64,000 nt of DNA from Octopus bimaculoides (Eukaryota): positions 70,258,902 to 70,322,901 of the forward strand of contig NC_068990.1 of the NCBI RefSeq assembly GCF_001194135.2, read 5' to 3'. The position numbers and the translations under genes are program-made. Within the stretch, counting starts at the first letter, position 1. Each line of letters opens with the position of its first letter. Shown piece after piece: positions 22,301 through 36,279 of this stretch. Under the pieces are notes generated by a model, which worked only from the letters and a program-made list of their open reading frames with translations, made no database searches and was not told the DNA's origin.

Positions 22301-24010
22301 ATGAGGATGTTTTTTTATGGTAGAACAAATGTATATTCCAAAAGTTTTCTGTTTCTATTAATATTATGATTGTGATGATATGGTTATTAACTGAGATGAA
22401 ACTGAGGGTTGGTTGAAATGTTTCATTCAATGACTCCACACAAACAACTAAAATGATAGAAATAATACCAAACAGTCTAGTCTTTGTATCTTTTTTTGTA
22501 TGTCTTAGAGGAAGAAAGGCAATACCCAGGACTCTCTTGGGAGTCTCCAAGACTTGTGGGAGGAAGAGAGTAAATATCCTTGGCCTGGAGACCTGGGTAG
22601 AAAGCTAATAACAAAGTGATCACCATGAAAAGCACTCAAGGGCCAGATCTACTGCCTGTTAAACAAACAGTAGATTAAGTCTAGCATCTAGAGATGAGTA
22701 CGGATGGTTGTTACTTCTGGCCTTTTGTAAATGTTAATTTCTAGCAGGATTTGAATTTAGAACAGAAACATCAAACTGAACAACATCGATTAAACTAAAC
22801 AGTAGGATCTGATGAAAGTAGTGATGGTTATTAGTAGTAAATAGTGAGCAGAGTGTTAAGAAAATGCAATAAACTTGGTTTGCTATTTATTGAAGAAAAA
22901 CAAATTAAAGAAGTTTTGTCTGAGAGAGAGAGAGAGAGAGAGAGAGATAGTGACAGTGAGAAAATGAAGCACTTTACATATCTTGGTTCAACAAAGTCCT
23001 TCCTGAAATGCTCCTCCTCTCACCCAATCAATGTATTCTACTTTTAGACAGTTTCAATAACAATTCATTTTCTTCTTTCAAGGAAGTTCTTGTCTCAAAC
23101 TTTAGAATACTCTGATTTCAGCACGCTTACATTTATTGTACAAAGTTCAGTTGTATATAAATTCTGGTTGTTTCTTCTATCATTATTACTTTGATTTTGT
23201 TTAAATAATAATAATATAAGGCATTATACTACTGCTTTGCTAAATGTAGTTTATAACTAAGTTATTTAGCTTGTGAATAAAATGCTAGAATTGAAATGTG
23301 ATTAAATCTAGAGAGAAAAATTCCATAGAAGAATTCGAAAACTTCATGGTGTAACTACCCTATTACATCTAGGATTTGATAATAAATAAGGCACAACAGA
23401 AAAGCATTCTCTGTTTCAAATAGCCATTGGTATGGCTTCAGAGGAGTTATGTAGTTAGTAATGATGACTTTATATAGGTTATGTTTTACAGTTTTTTTTA
23501 TTTAGTTACCATAATTGCACATTGTGTCCTTAAGCAAGACACTTCACATTGCTCCACTCCACTAAGCTGGAGAAAATGAGTGTACCTGTATTTCAAAGGG
23601 CCAGCATTGTAAAATTTTGTGTCACTGAATCTCCCTGAGAACTATGTTAAGGGTACATGTGTTTGTGGAGTGCTCAGTCACTTGCATGTATAATTTCATG
23701 AGTAGGCTGTTATGTTGATTGAATCAGCTGTAACCCTTATTGTCATAATCAACAGTGTCAGTTTTGTTTTGTACCAGTGCACATCATTGTTTGCTGTTGA
23801 AATGTTTTTCAAGAATGGTGAATGAATCTGAGGGGATTTTTGGCTGCACTCTGTATAAATTTAACTCTCTTTTATCACGATTTAATTTTTGTTCTGATGT
23901 TTTCAGAAACAGAAAATTGCAAACTGTTTTCACAAGCTCTACAATTTATAGCTTACCTATTATTATATTGCTCTCAGCAGTTTTCGTCAGCTATTATAGA
24001 TGACCAATAA
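19095..24010 (+). other. Low-confidence frame-consistent chain of candidate exons: 19095-19168, 20466-20562, 22509-22569, 23907-24010
   Basis: Each has a pyrimidine tract plus AG, and the phases chain 0>2>0>1>stop. No recognised homology. Confidence 0.2.
19353..20335 (-). mobile_element. 5'-truncated maT (DD37D) transposon with a 213-codon open segment (19619-20260)
   Basis: WQQDSAPCHT...WPPNSPDYNPLH: 37 residues follow the second catalytic D and the third D is mutated to H. Frameshift near 19620. Terminal cagagtgtggtg next to TA. Confidence 0.9.
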
Positions 24011-24679
24011 AATTAATTTTACTTTCTAGATCAATAACAGAATGAACTGATATGTTAAATAGCTCCTATAAATGCTGTCCTTGACATTCACTGTCATTAT
24101 TAAGTCTCTTCCTTGCCATTTTTACCTCTGCTAGTTTTATTACTTTATGTTTCTGCTGCTCAAATTAGTTTTCTTTTATTATTTGTTTTCTTATTATTAA
24201 CATATGGTGATAAAACTCTGATTATTGTCAGATTAGAAAAATTCTGCTGGTACTAAGGTGGATACCATTTTGGAAACCTGTCAAAATTACTCACTAAATA
24301 TGCATCAAACTGATGTGTGTTTTAAGGTTTGGTCCAGTGCTATTAAAAATGAATCTTTTAGCTTGTACCTTTTCTCTTCTGTTATTGTTACATAAATATA
24401 CTTCACTTGCTTTTTATTCAGTAATCAAATTGTGGAAAGATCTTGAGTCATTTTCAATTCTGTTTCAGTTTTTTTTTTGTCAGTGATCTTTTCTTTTAAA
24501 AATTACATATAGTATATGAAATGTCACCAGTCCTCATTTATCTCACCTGCCTTGTCAGTCAAACAGAACAGCTAATATTTACAAGGCTCACAAACTGCAT
24601 ATGATCCATGGACATTTCCTGTGTTACTCATAATTAATTTCAATATTTAGATATTGAAGAACAAAGAAGGTTGCACCAT

Positions 24680-24755
24680 CACCACCACTACCACCATCAC
24701 CACCACTACCACCATCACCACCACTACCACCATCACCACCACTACCACCATCACT
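24680..24755. repeat. Minisatellite (caccatcaccaccactac) about 4 copies
   Basis: Direct reading of the sequence. Confidence 0.85.
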
Positions 24756-26508
24756 ACCATTCATTTTTAATGTCCACTTTCCCATGCTTGCATAGGTGAG
24801 ATGGAATTTGTTAAAGCAGATTTTCTGTGGCTAGATGCTCCTCTGGCAACCAACCCTCACTTGTTTCCAAGCCAGATAATATTTCCCCTAGTTCTTCATA
24901 TACAAAAAAAAGTACAATGGCTGGACATGCTATCATGGAACATTGCAAATGAATGCCATGGTTTTTGTTTACAATTCATGCACAGCCTCAAGGCAAGGGG
25001 ACATGCACACATGTATGCATGCATGCACAGCTTTTTTCAGTTTCTGTCTACTTAATACAACTCACAAGGCTTTGAGTGGCAAAAGCTATAGTAGAAGACA
25101 CTTGTCAAAATTACCAAGTTGTGGGATGGAATCCAAAGTTCTTAACCATACAACCATACTTGCAATATTAATATCAATACTTGCCTCAATATCAGGAGAA
25201 AATCAGAAGATAAGATGCTTCTTCCTGCTCACTATCTGGAATTTATTAGAATATTTGAAGATCTACTGTGCCCTACAGAATTTAAGTTTTAAGAAATACA
25301 GTTATTGCTGCTTTCTTTATTGAACTAATTTGCTATTAACCAGTCTGTTTTCAGATATGGTCCTTTAAATGCTGATCTGCATGATCAACCCATTGATAAA
25401 CTTGCTTGCTCTTAAAAATTCACAATCATTTCCAAAACCAAAGTGTGCCCCACATTCATGATCAAAATGTAGTCTTTTGACCCATCTAGGTGAAGAGTAT
25501 CCCCAAATATGTGCTGACACTGATCATGATGACCCATCTAACACATTCCAGCATAGAAAGGGGACATGGAACAATGAAGAGATAACAAGATTATTGTACA
25601 TACAGTTTATTCTATATCCAAGAAAATACTTGACAGGAATGCTTTCATTCTCTCTAACACCCATTCTAATTACTCTCTCTATCTCCTCTCACCCACTGTG
25701 TCTCACCTCTTATATTTCCTCAGACTTTCCTTTTTGAATTGGCATTTTTTAAGAACTGCATTCCAGTGTAGTTTGCTTCTATTTATTAATCTATCGTACC
25801 TGAACCTGTACATTATATTCATTTATTTTTATTTTATCAAAATATTCATTATCCAGTTTCATTAGTAATTTATTTATGTTTATGTCACATTTTCGGAACA
25901 TCAGCCTTGTTGGTTACACGTTTCCAATGGACTGATCTATGTTTCACTGCATATATAATGATGAAAGTGGTAAGGGATTGTCTGTACAATTCAGGTTGAA
26001 CAAATATCAAACAGGCATTTTCATTTGGAAGTACTGGTTTATCGGTTTTCTAGATGGTGCTTATAATCTTCACTGATATACATACTTAGAATAGACTTCT
26101 ACTCAATATCAAATTCCACTCATAAAGCTATGGTAGAAGACAGGTTGCACAAAGTGCCACACAGTGGGATTAGATCCAAACCCATGAGAAGAGAATTTTT
26201 TCATCATGCAGCCGTGGCTTACATATCAACATTTCAAGAATCAGTAGGACTCTCAACATTTATGAATGACTGCTTTTGGCTATGTTTTGTCATTTGCTTG
26301 TTTCATCCGTTGGACTGTGGCCATGCTGAGGCACTGCTTTGAAGGGTTTTGAGGAACAAATCAACCATAATACATATTTTTTTTAATTATTTAAAGTCTT
26401 GTATTGATTCTGTCAGTCTCTCTTCTTTAACTGGTAGGTTATGGAAACATAAAGAAACCAACACTGGTTATTAAGTGGTGTGGGGACAAACACAAAATCT
26501 CTCTCCCC

Positions 26509-26540
<32 letters not shown>

Positions 26541-28082
26541 GCACACAATGGGCTTCCATGCAGCTTTTCTTTACCCAATTCACTTCACAAGTATTAGTTG
26601 GACCGGGTTTATAATATAAGACATTTTAGCCAAATTGCCATGCAGTGGGAGTGAACCCAAAACCATGTAGTTGCAATGTAAACTTCTTAACCATACAGCC
26701 TTGCTTGCATCTGTAGTAACCATACCATAGAGCATGCTTGTTGTTCTATATAAAAGTTACTCTAATACTTCATCACACTTGTTTCAATTTCCAATTACCA
26801 AACAATATTTCCGTATTTTCTGTTTTTTTGACAATATTCATGAGTTTAGAGATTTTTTTCTCCATCGCAGTGACTCTTCTTCTTGAGACCATCTTCCAGT
26901 TGGCACCCATATTATCTTACTCTCTTTATATCATATTATTATCTTACTTATCTATTTACATACAATATTTGTTCTCTTATCACCATTTCACATTCACAAT
27001 TAGAAATCATCATCACTTTATGTACCAGATATACTTTCCATTCTCAGACATCTTTTAACCTTCCATTCACCCCATCCCTTGCCTCACCCCTAATACTTCC
27101 ATCTAAGTATTCTTCTATTCTGATATTATTTCACACACCAGTTGCCTGTTTCTTCTTTGTTTACTGTCTATTATTCTTTTCCTACTTTCTTTGTAATAAA
27201 CAATAGTTTTAGGCTCATAATGAACTTTACCTACTGGACTTTGTGTGTGTGTGTGTGTGTCTTTCTCTCTCTTTCTTTTCTCTCTATTTTTAGAAATTTC
27301 TTTCTTTCTCTTCCTTCTCTCTTTCTCTATCTCTTTTGTCCCTCTCTCTGTGTTTGAGTATAAATCTTCTCTTTCTCTGTTTTGTGTGTGTTTATGTATT
27401 CTCTCCTTCTCTGTTTATGAATTCCCTCTCTCTCAGTTTGGCTTCAGTTATTGGTCTGCCATAATGCAGGGGTGTATGTAATCTATCTACATTCATACAT
27501 ACCAATATACCAAGGAATCTGGTATATCCATCCTATCAACAAAACCCTACCTCCCTCCTACTATGATGTAATCTATAGAAAGAACTAAAAACTGACACTG
27601 ACTGTCTACAATATTCCTTAGAATGCTAAGAATGTATTGTCAGAGTCGAAGAGATATTAAATGTTATGAAATACAGTTTATTAGCTACAGTCTGTTGGTG
27701 CCAGATATCCTTGATTCCTATCAGGTGACCAAAATGAAGTATTATTAACATTGGTTTAGAATAAGATGTGATGAGTGCTGCCACCTTGTTTCTAGGTGTT
27801 GCATAAACCTTACTAAAAGCACTAGCCTCAACATTTTAGTCATTCTTTCAAATAGTTACACACACACACACACACACACACATGCACGCACGCATGCACG
27901 CACGCATGCACGTACATACTCACACACACACATATATGTGTGTGTGTATTCATGTGTATAGAAGCTACAAAGTGACCCAAGAGCTGAAAGGTTCATGCAT
28001 TGGCACTTATGAAACTTTTATAAGTGCCATGTTTTGAGTTCTGTTTTTCTATTCAAAACACCAAAACTTTCTCTCTTCCCTG

Positions 28083-28121
<39 letters not shown>

Positions 28122-28124
28122 GTA

Positions 28125-28430
28125 ATGAAGGCACATGCCTCAGTGGTTAGGATGTTGCACACACAATTGCGAGATTGTGGTTTCGATTCCCAGATTGGGC
28201 CTTGCATTGTGTTCTTGAGTAAAACACTTCATTTCAGGTTGCTCTGTGATCATCTCGTCTTCTGACATGTGGTATGTCATGACCTGTATAGGTAATGTCG
28301 ATCTGATGGAGGGAGTGAGTTTGTGTGTAAATCAAACATTTGATCACTATAAACAAATTAACTGTGTGGTTGTTCAGCAAGAAATTGCAAGACCTTCATA
28401 TATCGTTTAATGACAGGAGAGTCCATGATG
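28125..28430 (+). mobile_element. tRNA-head SINE (family S4); approximate ends
   Basis: cagtggttaggatgttgcac...tttcgattccc...gtgttcttgagtaaaacactt...gagagtccatgatg. Copies at about 52460-53135 and 56180-56465. Confidence 0.7.
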
Positions 28431-28994
28431 GTATGAGGTGCAGGTGTAGCTGTGTAGTAAGAAGCTTGCTTCTCAACCCCATGGTTCCAGGTTCAGTCCC
28501 ATACATGGTACTTTGGGCCTTCTACTATAGCCTTAGGCTAACCCAGGCCCTGTGAGTGGATTTGGTAGATGGAAACAGAAAGAAACCCATTGTATATGTA
28601 TATATCTATGTGTGTGTCTTTGTTTGTCCCCTCCCACTGCTTGATAACTGGTGTTGGCTGGTTAAAATGTTAGGCTTATCTTCATAAAGTCATGGGTGTG
28701 ATTTCTGGCTGCTCAGCATGCGATATCTTTGAGCAAAGTACTATGTTTCATATTGCTCCCATCTACTCAAATGAGAATGTGTACCAGCTGAGTGCTTGCG
28801 TAGTCCTATCTCCCTGCAGCTGTTATATTTTTGATGTTCTGCTGGGTCAGGGGTAGGAGAACTGAAAGAGAGTCTATGGCTGCTGGTGACTATTTAAGCA
28901 CCTAATGCAATTAGTGAAAGCATGGTGCGTGCTGCTAGTAATACTTACTTGTGAGTGATGACTAAGCTTTTGTGGGGTGGAGTACACACACACA

Positions 28995-29490
28995 CACGAG
29001 GGTGAGCTGAAAAGTTCATAGGCTGACTATGGAGTAATGCTAGACCTGTGGAATTTTGCATGCATTAATTTCAACCTTTCTTATTAATAACTGCATTGTT
29101 TCTTTCTATGTAAACTGACATCTGAAAGGCTATCAAGACCAAATACCTAGGAAAACTGATGAAAGGTTTCTTGTTTCATTGGGATAGTGTTCCAGCATAC
29201 AAGTCCTTGGTTTCTATGACTGCTGTGCATGGCTAGGGCTTTGAACTGGTTGATCACCCTCCCTATTCACATGATTTGACCCCATCTGACTATCATCTCT
29301 TTCCCAATATGACAAAACACTTGGCTGGGAACCAGTACTGTAGCGATGATGACATCATATCTACTGTTGATGACTTTTTGAGCAACAGGATGAAATCTTT
29401 TTCACCAATAAGATCCTAAGCACTGCAACACCAATGGAAGAAATGTATGAACCACAAGGGGGTCTATGTTGAAAAATAAACCTCATTTGA
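28995..29490 (+). mobile_element. Internally deleted mariner remnant (irritans-like TIR)
   Basis: TIR cacgagggtgagctgaaaagttc. C-terminal remnant ELVDHPPYSHDLTPSDYHLFPNMTKHLAG. Confidence 0.75.
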
Positions 29491-29560
29491 TTGTGTGTGT
29501 ATATGTGTGCATGCATGCACACATGCACACATTTTCTTCAAGTGGCTAATGAACTAAATA

Positions 29561-30833
29561 TTGGGTCGTCTCATAAATAATGTGGTTTTTACAATTGCAT
29601 GAACTAAAAGTTGGAGGGGGATGGGATAAACTTGCATCAACTTGCTATAAAAGCAGGTAGTAATTTTACTTTGTACTGATTCTTAGTGCAAGTTTTGAAA
29701 AGTGCAGTTTGATTTTAACTGTTATTTTTTCAAAGCTATTATAGAAGTGACAAAGGAGCATGTTTAGCATATTTTGCTTTGTGTGTTTAATACAGGCAAT
29801 AACGCAACAGAAAGTGCAAGGAATATAAATGCAGTTTATGGGAATCAGACAAGAAGTGTAAGTCAGTGTCAATGGTGGTTCCAAAAATTCCGAGCCAGAA
29901 ACTACAGCCTAGATGATGAGCCTCCTCCTGGAAGATGTGTAGAGCTCCATGAGGACATCCTGCAAACTTTGGTGGAACAAAATCCCATCGTAACCATTGA
30001 GGAACTAACAGAGAAGCTTGGATTTGGTCATTCAACCATTCATCAGCACTTGCATGCCATTAGAAAAATCAGCAAATTGGGTCAATGAGTTCCTCACAAA
30101 CTTTCCGAGTCTAATCGCACGCAGAGAGTGAATGTGTGCTCTCCTTTGCTGTCATGTCTCACCAATGAACCTTTATTTTGGACTGAATAGTGACTGGTGA
30201 TGAGAAATGGATTCTCTATAAAAATGTTATGTGCCAAAGACAGTGGATAGGGAAAGGTGAAAGACCGGCACCCCAGGCTAAAGAAGGTCTTCACTCACAT
30301 AAGGTATTTGGTGGGATATGAAAGGTTTAGTCCACTTTGAATTTTTAAACCCAAACCAAACAATAACAAAGGAGATCTACTGTGAGCAGCTTCAGTGGCT
30401 TAAGTCAGTGCTAGAAGAAAAACGACCATCTTTGGTTTCAAGACAAAAAGTGTTCTTCCATCAGGATAATGCTCTGCCACATACATCGAGGATGACATTG
30501 CAAAGGCTGGAGTAGTTTGAATGGGAAACAATGCCCCACCCACTGCATTCGCCAGACATTGCCCCATCTAATTATCATTTATTCTGCAGTCTTCAAAATC
30601 ATTTGGACGGAAAAAATATGAATTCTGTAGACGAGGTTAGAACAGTACTGGAGGAGTATTCTTCGTCACGGACAAGTGAATTTTGGTAGTGGGGCTCTGC
30701 AAGTCTATCAGATAGAATGAAGAGTATTGTAGAAAATGAAGGAGTGTATATTTTAGACTAAAAAAGAACTTTATCTTAATTTTGAATAATAAAAGAAGTA
30801 TAAAAAAACAGCATTATTTATGGGATGACCCAA
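29561..30833 (+). mobile_element. Full-length (1273 bp) inactive mariner, DD34D
   Basis: TA-flanked TIRs TTGGGTCGTCTCATAAATAATG / CATTATTTATGGGATGACCCAA. Motifs TGDEKW and HQDNALPH...HSPDIAPSNY (34 spacing). Several stops and frameshifts. Confidence 0.95.
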
Positions 30834-32379
30834 TATTTTTATCTCTTTGCATTTGATCTGGGTGATTTCTAGCATGACTGTTTTTTCCAGTTTTTTGACA
30901 ACAGTCGTGAGACTCACAAATCATGTGACACTTCTAGGCCTTCAGTGATAAACAGCCTATTCCATATTATTACCTTCAGTTATTTCTGATGATTGCTGGA
31001 GTTGGAGTTATAGAAAACCAGTTGGTAATATGGCTATTATGGCACTATAATATTATTATTAAGTTGGAGAGTTGGCAGAAACGTTAGCAGACTGGGCAAA
31101 ATGCTTAGTGGCATTTCTTCCGTCCGTTATGCTCTGAGTTCAAATTCCACCAAGGCTGACTTTTCCTTTCATCCTTTTGGGGTTAATAAAATAAGTACCA
31201 CTTGAACACTGGGGGTTGATGTAATTGACTTACTCCACCCCAATTTCCGGGCCTTGTGCTTATAATAGAAATTATTATTGTTATTATTATTATTATGGTA
31301 ATAATAATGATAATAATAATAATAATTATAATAATAATTTCTTTTATTAGCTACAGGGACCTAGATAGGGGTACATCACAAACAGACAACAATTTGTGTG
31401 GTGACTTACATAAAAGATGGGGAGAAAGAACTGGAAAGGACAGTTGAGAAATGGGATAAAAGCATACATTGTATACAAAGTATGTGATAACGTGACTAGT
31501 GCAGTCCTCATGATACAGAAGAAACTATAACTAGGGCCAATCAAAGAACTCTCTACAGATCCAGGATTTTCTCTGACCACAAAAGGTACGAGCCATCTCA
31601 TGCTCTCCAATCTACTGGCACATACTTAGAGTAGGGCCATTCACTCTAGCCATTTTTTCCACAAATAAAAATATTATAATTTAGTTTCACTAATAAAAAT
31701 GTGAGTAATCAATACATTGTGTAGAATGAATATATATTTATTATAATGAATATTGTGACTTTTAAGTACCCTGGTAAATGAAGCATTCTTCAGATGGATG
31801 AGATCTGAATGGAAGTTTTTTTTCTTCTTCAAAGCACATCCATCTTTGTGACTAAATGCCATTGTCAGTACTGTTTCCACTTTCTTTCTTTTCTTTTTTT
31901 CTTTTCTGCCATGATTGTAAGGAAAATGTGTGTGTGAGACATTAAATCACGACTAAGATAAGGGCAAAGGTTTTCAAATCACTCAGTCTATAGGCATGTA
32001 TTTATATCAAGAACAGCCCTGTTTTAGTTCTTGCCTTAAGTGACAAATCCATGATAAAGATCAGTATTGTTATTGAAAACCAAAGTTGGTAGTGTGTGGA
32101 ACAATATTTATTATAGACTCTTGAATTTTATTGTTGTAAATTCTGTGTTCACCTCCTGTCAGAATGAACTTTGACCTTCATCTGAGCATGGTTGAGATAA
32201 AGTACATATATACAAGTAATGCATATATATATGGAGATCAATTCTATCTATTTGTATCTTTTATAAAGCCCCACTTGGTGCTAAATGAAAAGAATTCATC
32301 ATTGTTGTTGTTTTAGTTGTTTTGTTATGATGTATTTCAATGAAGGGAGACCAAATACTAAGAATTAGAATTTTCTTTT

Positions 32380-32650
32380 ATCTTTTACTTGTTTGTCATA
32401 AGACTTTGGCCATGCTGGGACACTGTCTTGAATTTTAGTTGAATGAATTGACCCCTGTACTTTGTTTTAAAACCTGGTACTTATTCTATTGGTCTCTTTT
32501 GCCAAACCACTAAGGGGATGTAAACACACCAATACTGGTTGTCAAGTGGTAGTGAGGGAGAGACACACACAGACAGACACACGCACGCACGCACACACAC
32601 ACATACACACACACACACACACNNNNNNNNNNCACGCACGCACGCACACA

Positions 32651-32701
<51 letters not shown>

Positions 32702-32870
32702 GCACATACATATGATGGGTTTCTTCCAGTTTTTGTCTATCAATCCACTCACAAGGCTTTGGTAAGCTTGAGGCTATAATAGAAGACACTGGCCCAAGGT
32801 TCCATGCAGTGGGACTGAACCCAGAACTATGTGGTTGGGAAGCAAACTTCTTACCACACAATCATACCTG
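32380..32870 (-). mobile_element. S1 SINE with an internal (CA)n tract; approximate ends
   Basis: Reverse complement of the S1 copy at 13016. It is the source of spurious CV/HT-repeat ORFs. Confidence 0.8.
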
Positions 32871-33129
32871 CGATTTTAAAAGATTTTAATAAATTCAAAC
32901 ATTCTTTGGTTGAATGTTTTTCTGAGGATTTGGGCTGTTTCTATGAGAACAATTTTTGTGTAGTTCTGATACTTTTAGGTGTCTTGGTATTTGATTACAG
33001 TATTTAAGAGTACCTTTTGTTATTATATCCAAAACTCTGCATTTCACAGGTACAATTGTTGTTTTTAGGTGCCACATGTTAAAGATCTCAATTCCAAGGC
33101 CCTTGTCACAGTAAATTCTATCTAACCCA

Positions 33130-33269
33130 NNNNNNNNNNNNNNNNNNNNNNNNNNNNNNNNNNNNNNNNNNNNNNNNNNNNNNNNNNNNNNNNNNNNNNN
33201 NNNNNNNNNNNNNNNNNNNNNNNNNNNNNNNNNNNNNNNNNNNNNNNNNNNNNNNNNNNNNNNNNNNNN
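33130..33269. other. Assembly gap (others at 7329-7502, 13093-13141, 32623-32632, 34515-34540, 51966-51975)
   Basis: Runs of N, mostly next to microsatellites. Confidence 1.
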
Positions 33270-35183
33270 TATATATATATGAAAATGGTACATTTCTAAT
33301 GTGAGACAATATAGGGGAAAATGTATCATCATCATGAATCATTAAATTTGAATATTGTCTTTGCAGAATAAGCATAATAGCAGAACCATTCCAATGATAC
33401 TTTTAAGAAGTGTTTTTATATAGAAACCTAGTTTGTGAATGTGAAAAACATACAAAATACCAAAATTCAAAGGTCAAAATTTCTAACCTTTGATACTGTA
33501 ACATTTTTTTCTTAGTAATTTTCTTCCAGCTGACAATGTGATTGAATGATTTTATGGAAAGAAAAACAACTCAGTTGTGAATGATTTTTGCCTTGAGAAT
33601 TTCATTGTTTCTAATTTCTGAATTTAGATGAACTGGTCATCTCATACCAAAAAAAGTAACTAAACTATTAAATTTCTAATTATTAGCACATGGCACAAGA
33701 GTTTTTATTTTGTGTAATTAGGTATTACAAGAACCCTGTTCCTCTTACATTTTGGCAATCAGACTAGAACTTGAGGTATTGACTCTGTAGTATTATCCTG
33801 ATCCAACAGACCTGTGATCGAAAGTATTCCACTCACAACTATCGTGTCTTTTGTTTTTATTTTAATTTTAATTCAGGAGAGTGTTTAACACTTCATTAAC
33901 CCACATATAATTCCTTTCTGAAAATGCTTGGGCATGATTGGAAAGAGATTTAGCTACTTATTCTAACAATTGAGCAACTGCATGAATGTACCATTGTTGG
34001 CTTCAGAAGTATTGATGTTCTTTTCTTTGGATCATATTATGGCAGCTAAGCAAGCAATTGTAATATTAGGGCAACAATTGGTTCCTATAATGACTTGTGT
34101 AGGAGCAAATCCTGCAGGTTGGAGCTGTTCACTCAATAGATACCTGGGCTACCCACATCTTTTATTATTTCTTTAGAGTTATTTTTATTGTTGTTTAACC
34201 CTAGGTCAGCTCTCATTGTGTACATCTAAGATGAAAGATATTCCACATATGACCATCGTTTCTTTCTTTCTTTGACATATAGTATATCCAAGACTTACAT
34301 TATCCACTGTATTTTAAGACAATAAGGTGTTACTTGAGGGAGATTTTGTTGCTATTTCTAGCAGGTTGAGTAAGTATAGTTATGCCTGCCAATGCTCAGT
34401 TCCTTTCTTGTCAGTAAACTAAATAGTTGTAATGGATTTTCTGTAATGTGCACCTTCGCACTTTTGTAAAAATTGATTAATGTCTAGGAAAGAAATTATT
34501 ATTTCGGTGTGAATNNNNNNNNNNNNNNNNNNNNNNNNNNGGGGGGGAAGATTTATGAAGAGAAAATAAAAATGCATATTTAATGTAGCATGCATTTTTA
34601 ATGTAGCATAATAGATTACAAGCTGTTCTCATTAATTCAAGTAAAGATGAATTGAATTCCTGTGAAAATTTTTTGTTTAGAATACAAATTTATTGTAACT
34701 CTGTCTACCATTTATAATTATTTCTGTTGTGGTTATTAATTTTGTTATAATCATTATAATAATTACTATAATTAGTGGCAATCTATTCAGTTCATGGTTG
34801 GACAATATGACAAAAGATTGGCTTTTAAAATAGCTTAGCATTTCTTTGCAGACAGTCTCTCCTCTTAAACTATGTCACTGCAATTATAAATATAATATAG
34901 GTAATTGAGATTATAATGTTGGACTCTGTTCATTAAAGCAGTGTTTCTTGTATGTAAGGGGACAGGATATCTCTTGGGGGAACCTGTGAGGGTTGGAAAT
35001 GTATCCAGACAAATTAATAAGTCTAACAAAATTATGATCATCCTGCAACATGATAAAGAAAAGTTCTTCTCATCAGTACTCTCCATGCCTCATTAGTAAT
35101 GAGGCAGAGAAAATAATGGCACTTTTTTTGGTGGTGGTGGTGTATATCCATATATATGTGTGTATATATATGGATATATATAT

Positions 35184-35400
35184 AAGGCGGCAAGCTGCCA
35201 GAATCGTTAGCCCATCGGGCAAAATGCTTAGCGGTATTTCTGAGTTCAAATTCCGCCAAGGTCGACTTTGCCTTTCATCTTTTCGGGGTCGATTAAATAA
35301 GTACCAGTTACACACTGGGATCGATGTAATCGACTTAATCCTTTTGTCTGTCCTTGTTTGTCCCTTCTATGTTTAGCTCCTTGTGGGCAATAAAGAATTA
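35184..35400 (+). mobile_element. Young S2 tRNA-head SINE
   Basis: aaggcggcaagctg.cagaatcgttagc...gagttcaaattccgcc...taagtaccagtt. More than 15 related copies in the window. Confidence 0.85.
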
Positions 35401-35949
35401 TATATGTTTATATATACTATATATATATCTCATCATCATTTAACGTCCATTTTCCATGTTGGCATGGGTTGGACAGTTCAATTGGAGTCTGGGAAGCTAG
35501 GAGGCTGCACCAGGCCCCAATCTGATCTGGCAGTGTTTCTACAGCTGGATGCCCTTCCTAATGCCAACAGCTCTGAGAGTGTAGTGGGTACTTTTTACGT
35601 GCCACTGGCACAAGGGGGCCAGAGGAGCTGGCATCGACCACGATCAGATGGAGCTTTTTATGTGCCACCGGCATGAAAGCCAGTCAAGGCGGCACTGGCA
35701 TCGGCCATGTTCGGATGGTGCTTTTTACCTGCTACTGGCACAGGGCTCACAACTACAATTTCCATTTGATTTGGTTTTGATATTGCTGATGTTGATGTAC
35801 TTGACTCAATAGGTCTCCTCAAGCATGACATGTCGCCCTACAATCCAAGGTACTTTTGAGTGGGCTGGTTATGTGACACTGGTGTAGGTTACATCTGTGG
35901 ACTCACTTTATTTGCCGGGTCTTCTCAGTCACATATATATATATATATA

Positions 35950-36238
35950 AAAAGGAATACCAAAAATGGGACAAAGACACAAAACATCCAGACAGTTAGA
36001 TGATACAAAAAAGGGACAACAAAACATCCAGACAGACGATACAAAGAAACAAGGACGGGTCATTCGGAGTTTTCTTTCTTCAGTTGAGTTCCGGATTATC
36101 TTTGCAATTTCGGCTGGTTATACTTGGGATTGTTCCAATCTGGCCAACCCCAAGGAAAAACTAAGCTAAGAGCATTAGATTTCTTGGAAGAAAGCAGCAA
36201 ATGTATGTGAAAACAAGGATGGAAAAAACAGAGAAATG

Positions 36239-36240
<2 letters not shown>
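35950..36240. mobile_element. Probable terminal-repeat fragment of a retroelement (Penelope-like) between TA tracts
   Basis: CpG-retaining block bounded by (TA)n, with an internal aaaacatccagacag duplication. Family assignment is tentative. Confidence 0.3.

Positions 36241-36279
<39 letters not shown>

Noticed and set aside
22155-22550. 131-aa minus-strand ORF with a hydrophobic patch
   Set aside because: Composition is typical of AT-rich non-coding DNA, it has a non-ATG start and no motif, and it overlaps a plus-strand exon candidate.
33075-33125. Minus-strand peptide IYCDKGLGIEI, resembling the E1 motif GMGGLGxEI, next to a gap
   Set aside because: It is on the opposite strand to the UBA6-like exon, the flanking residues do not match, and there is no splice site. 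Probably chance; closing the gap at 33130-33269 would settle it.
35086-35108. Small palindrome TGCCTCATTA-G-TAATGAGGCA
   Set aside because: A 10-bp stem is within chance expectation for 64 kb and has no supporting context.
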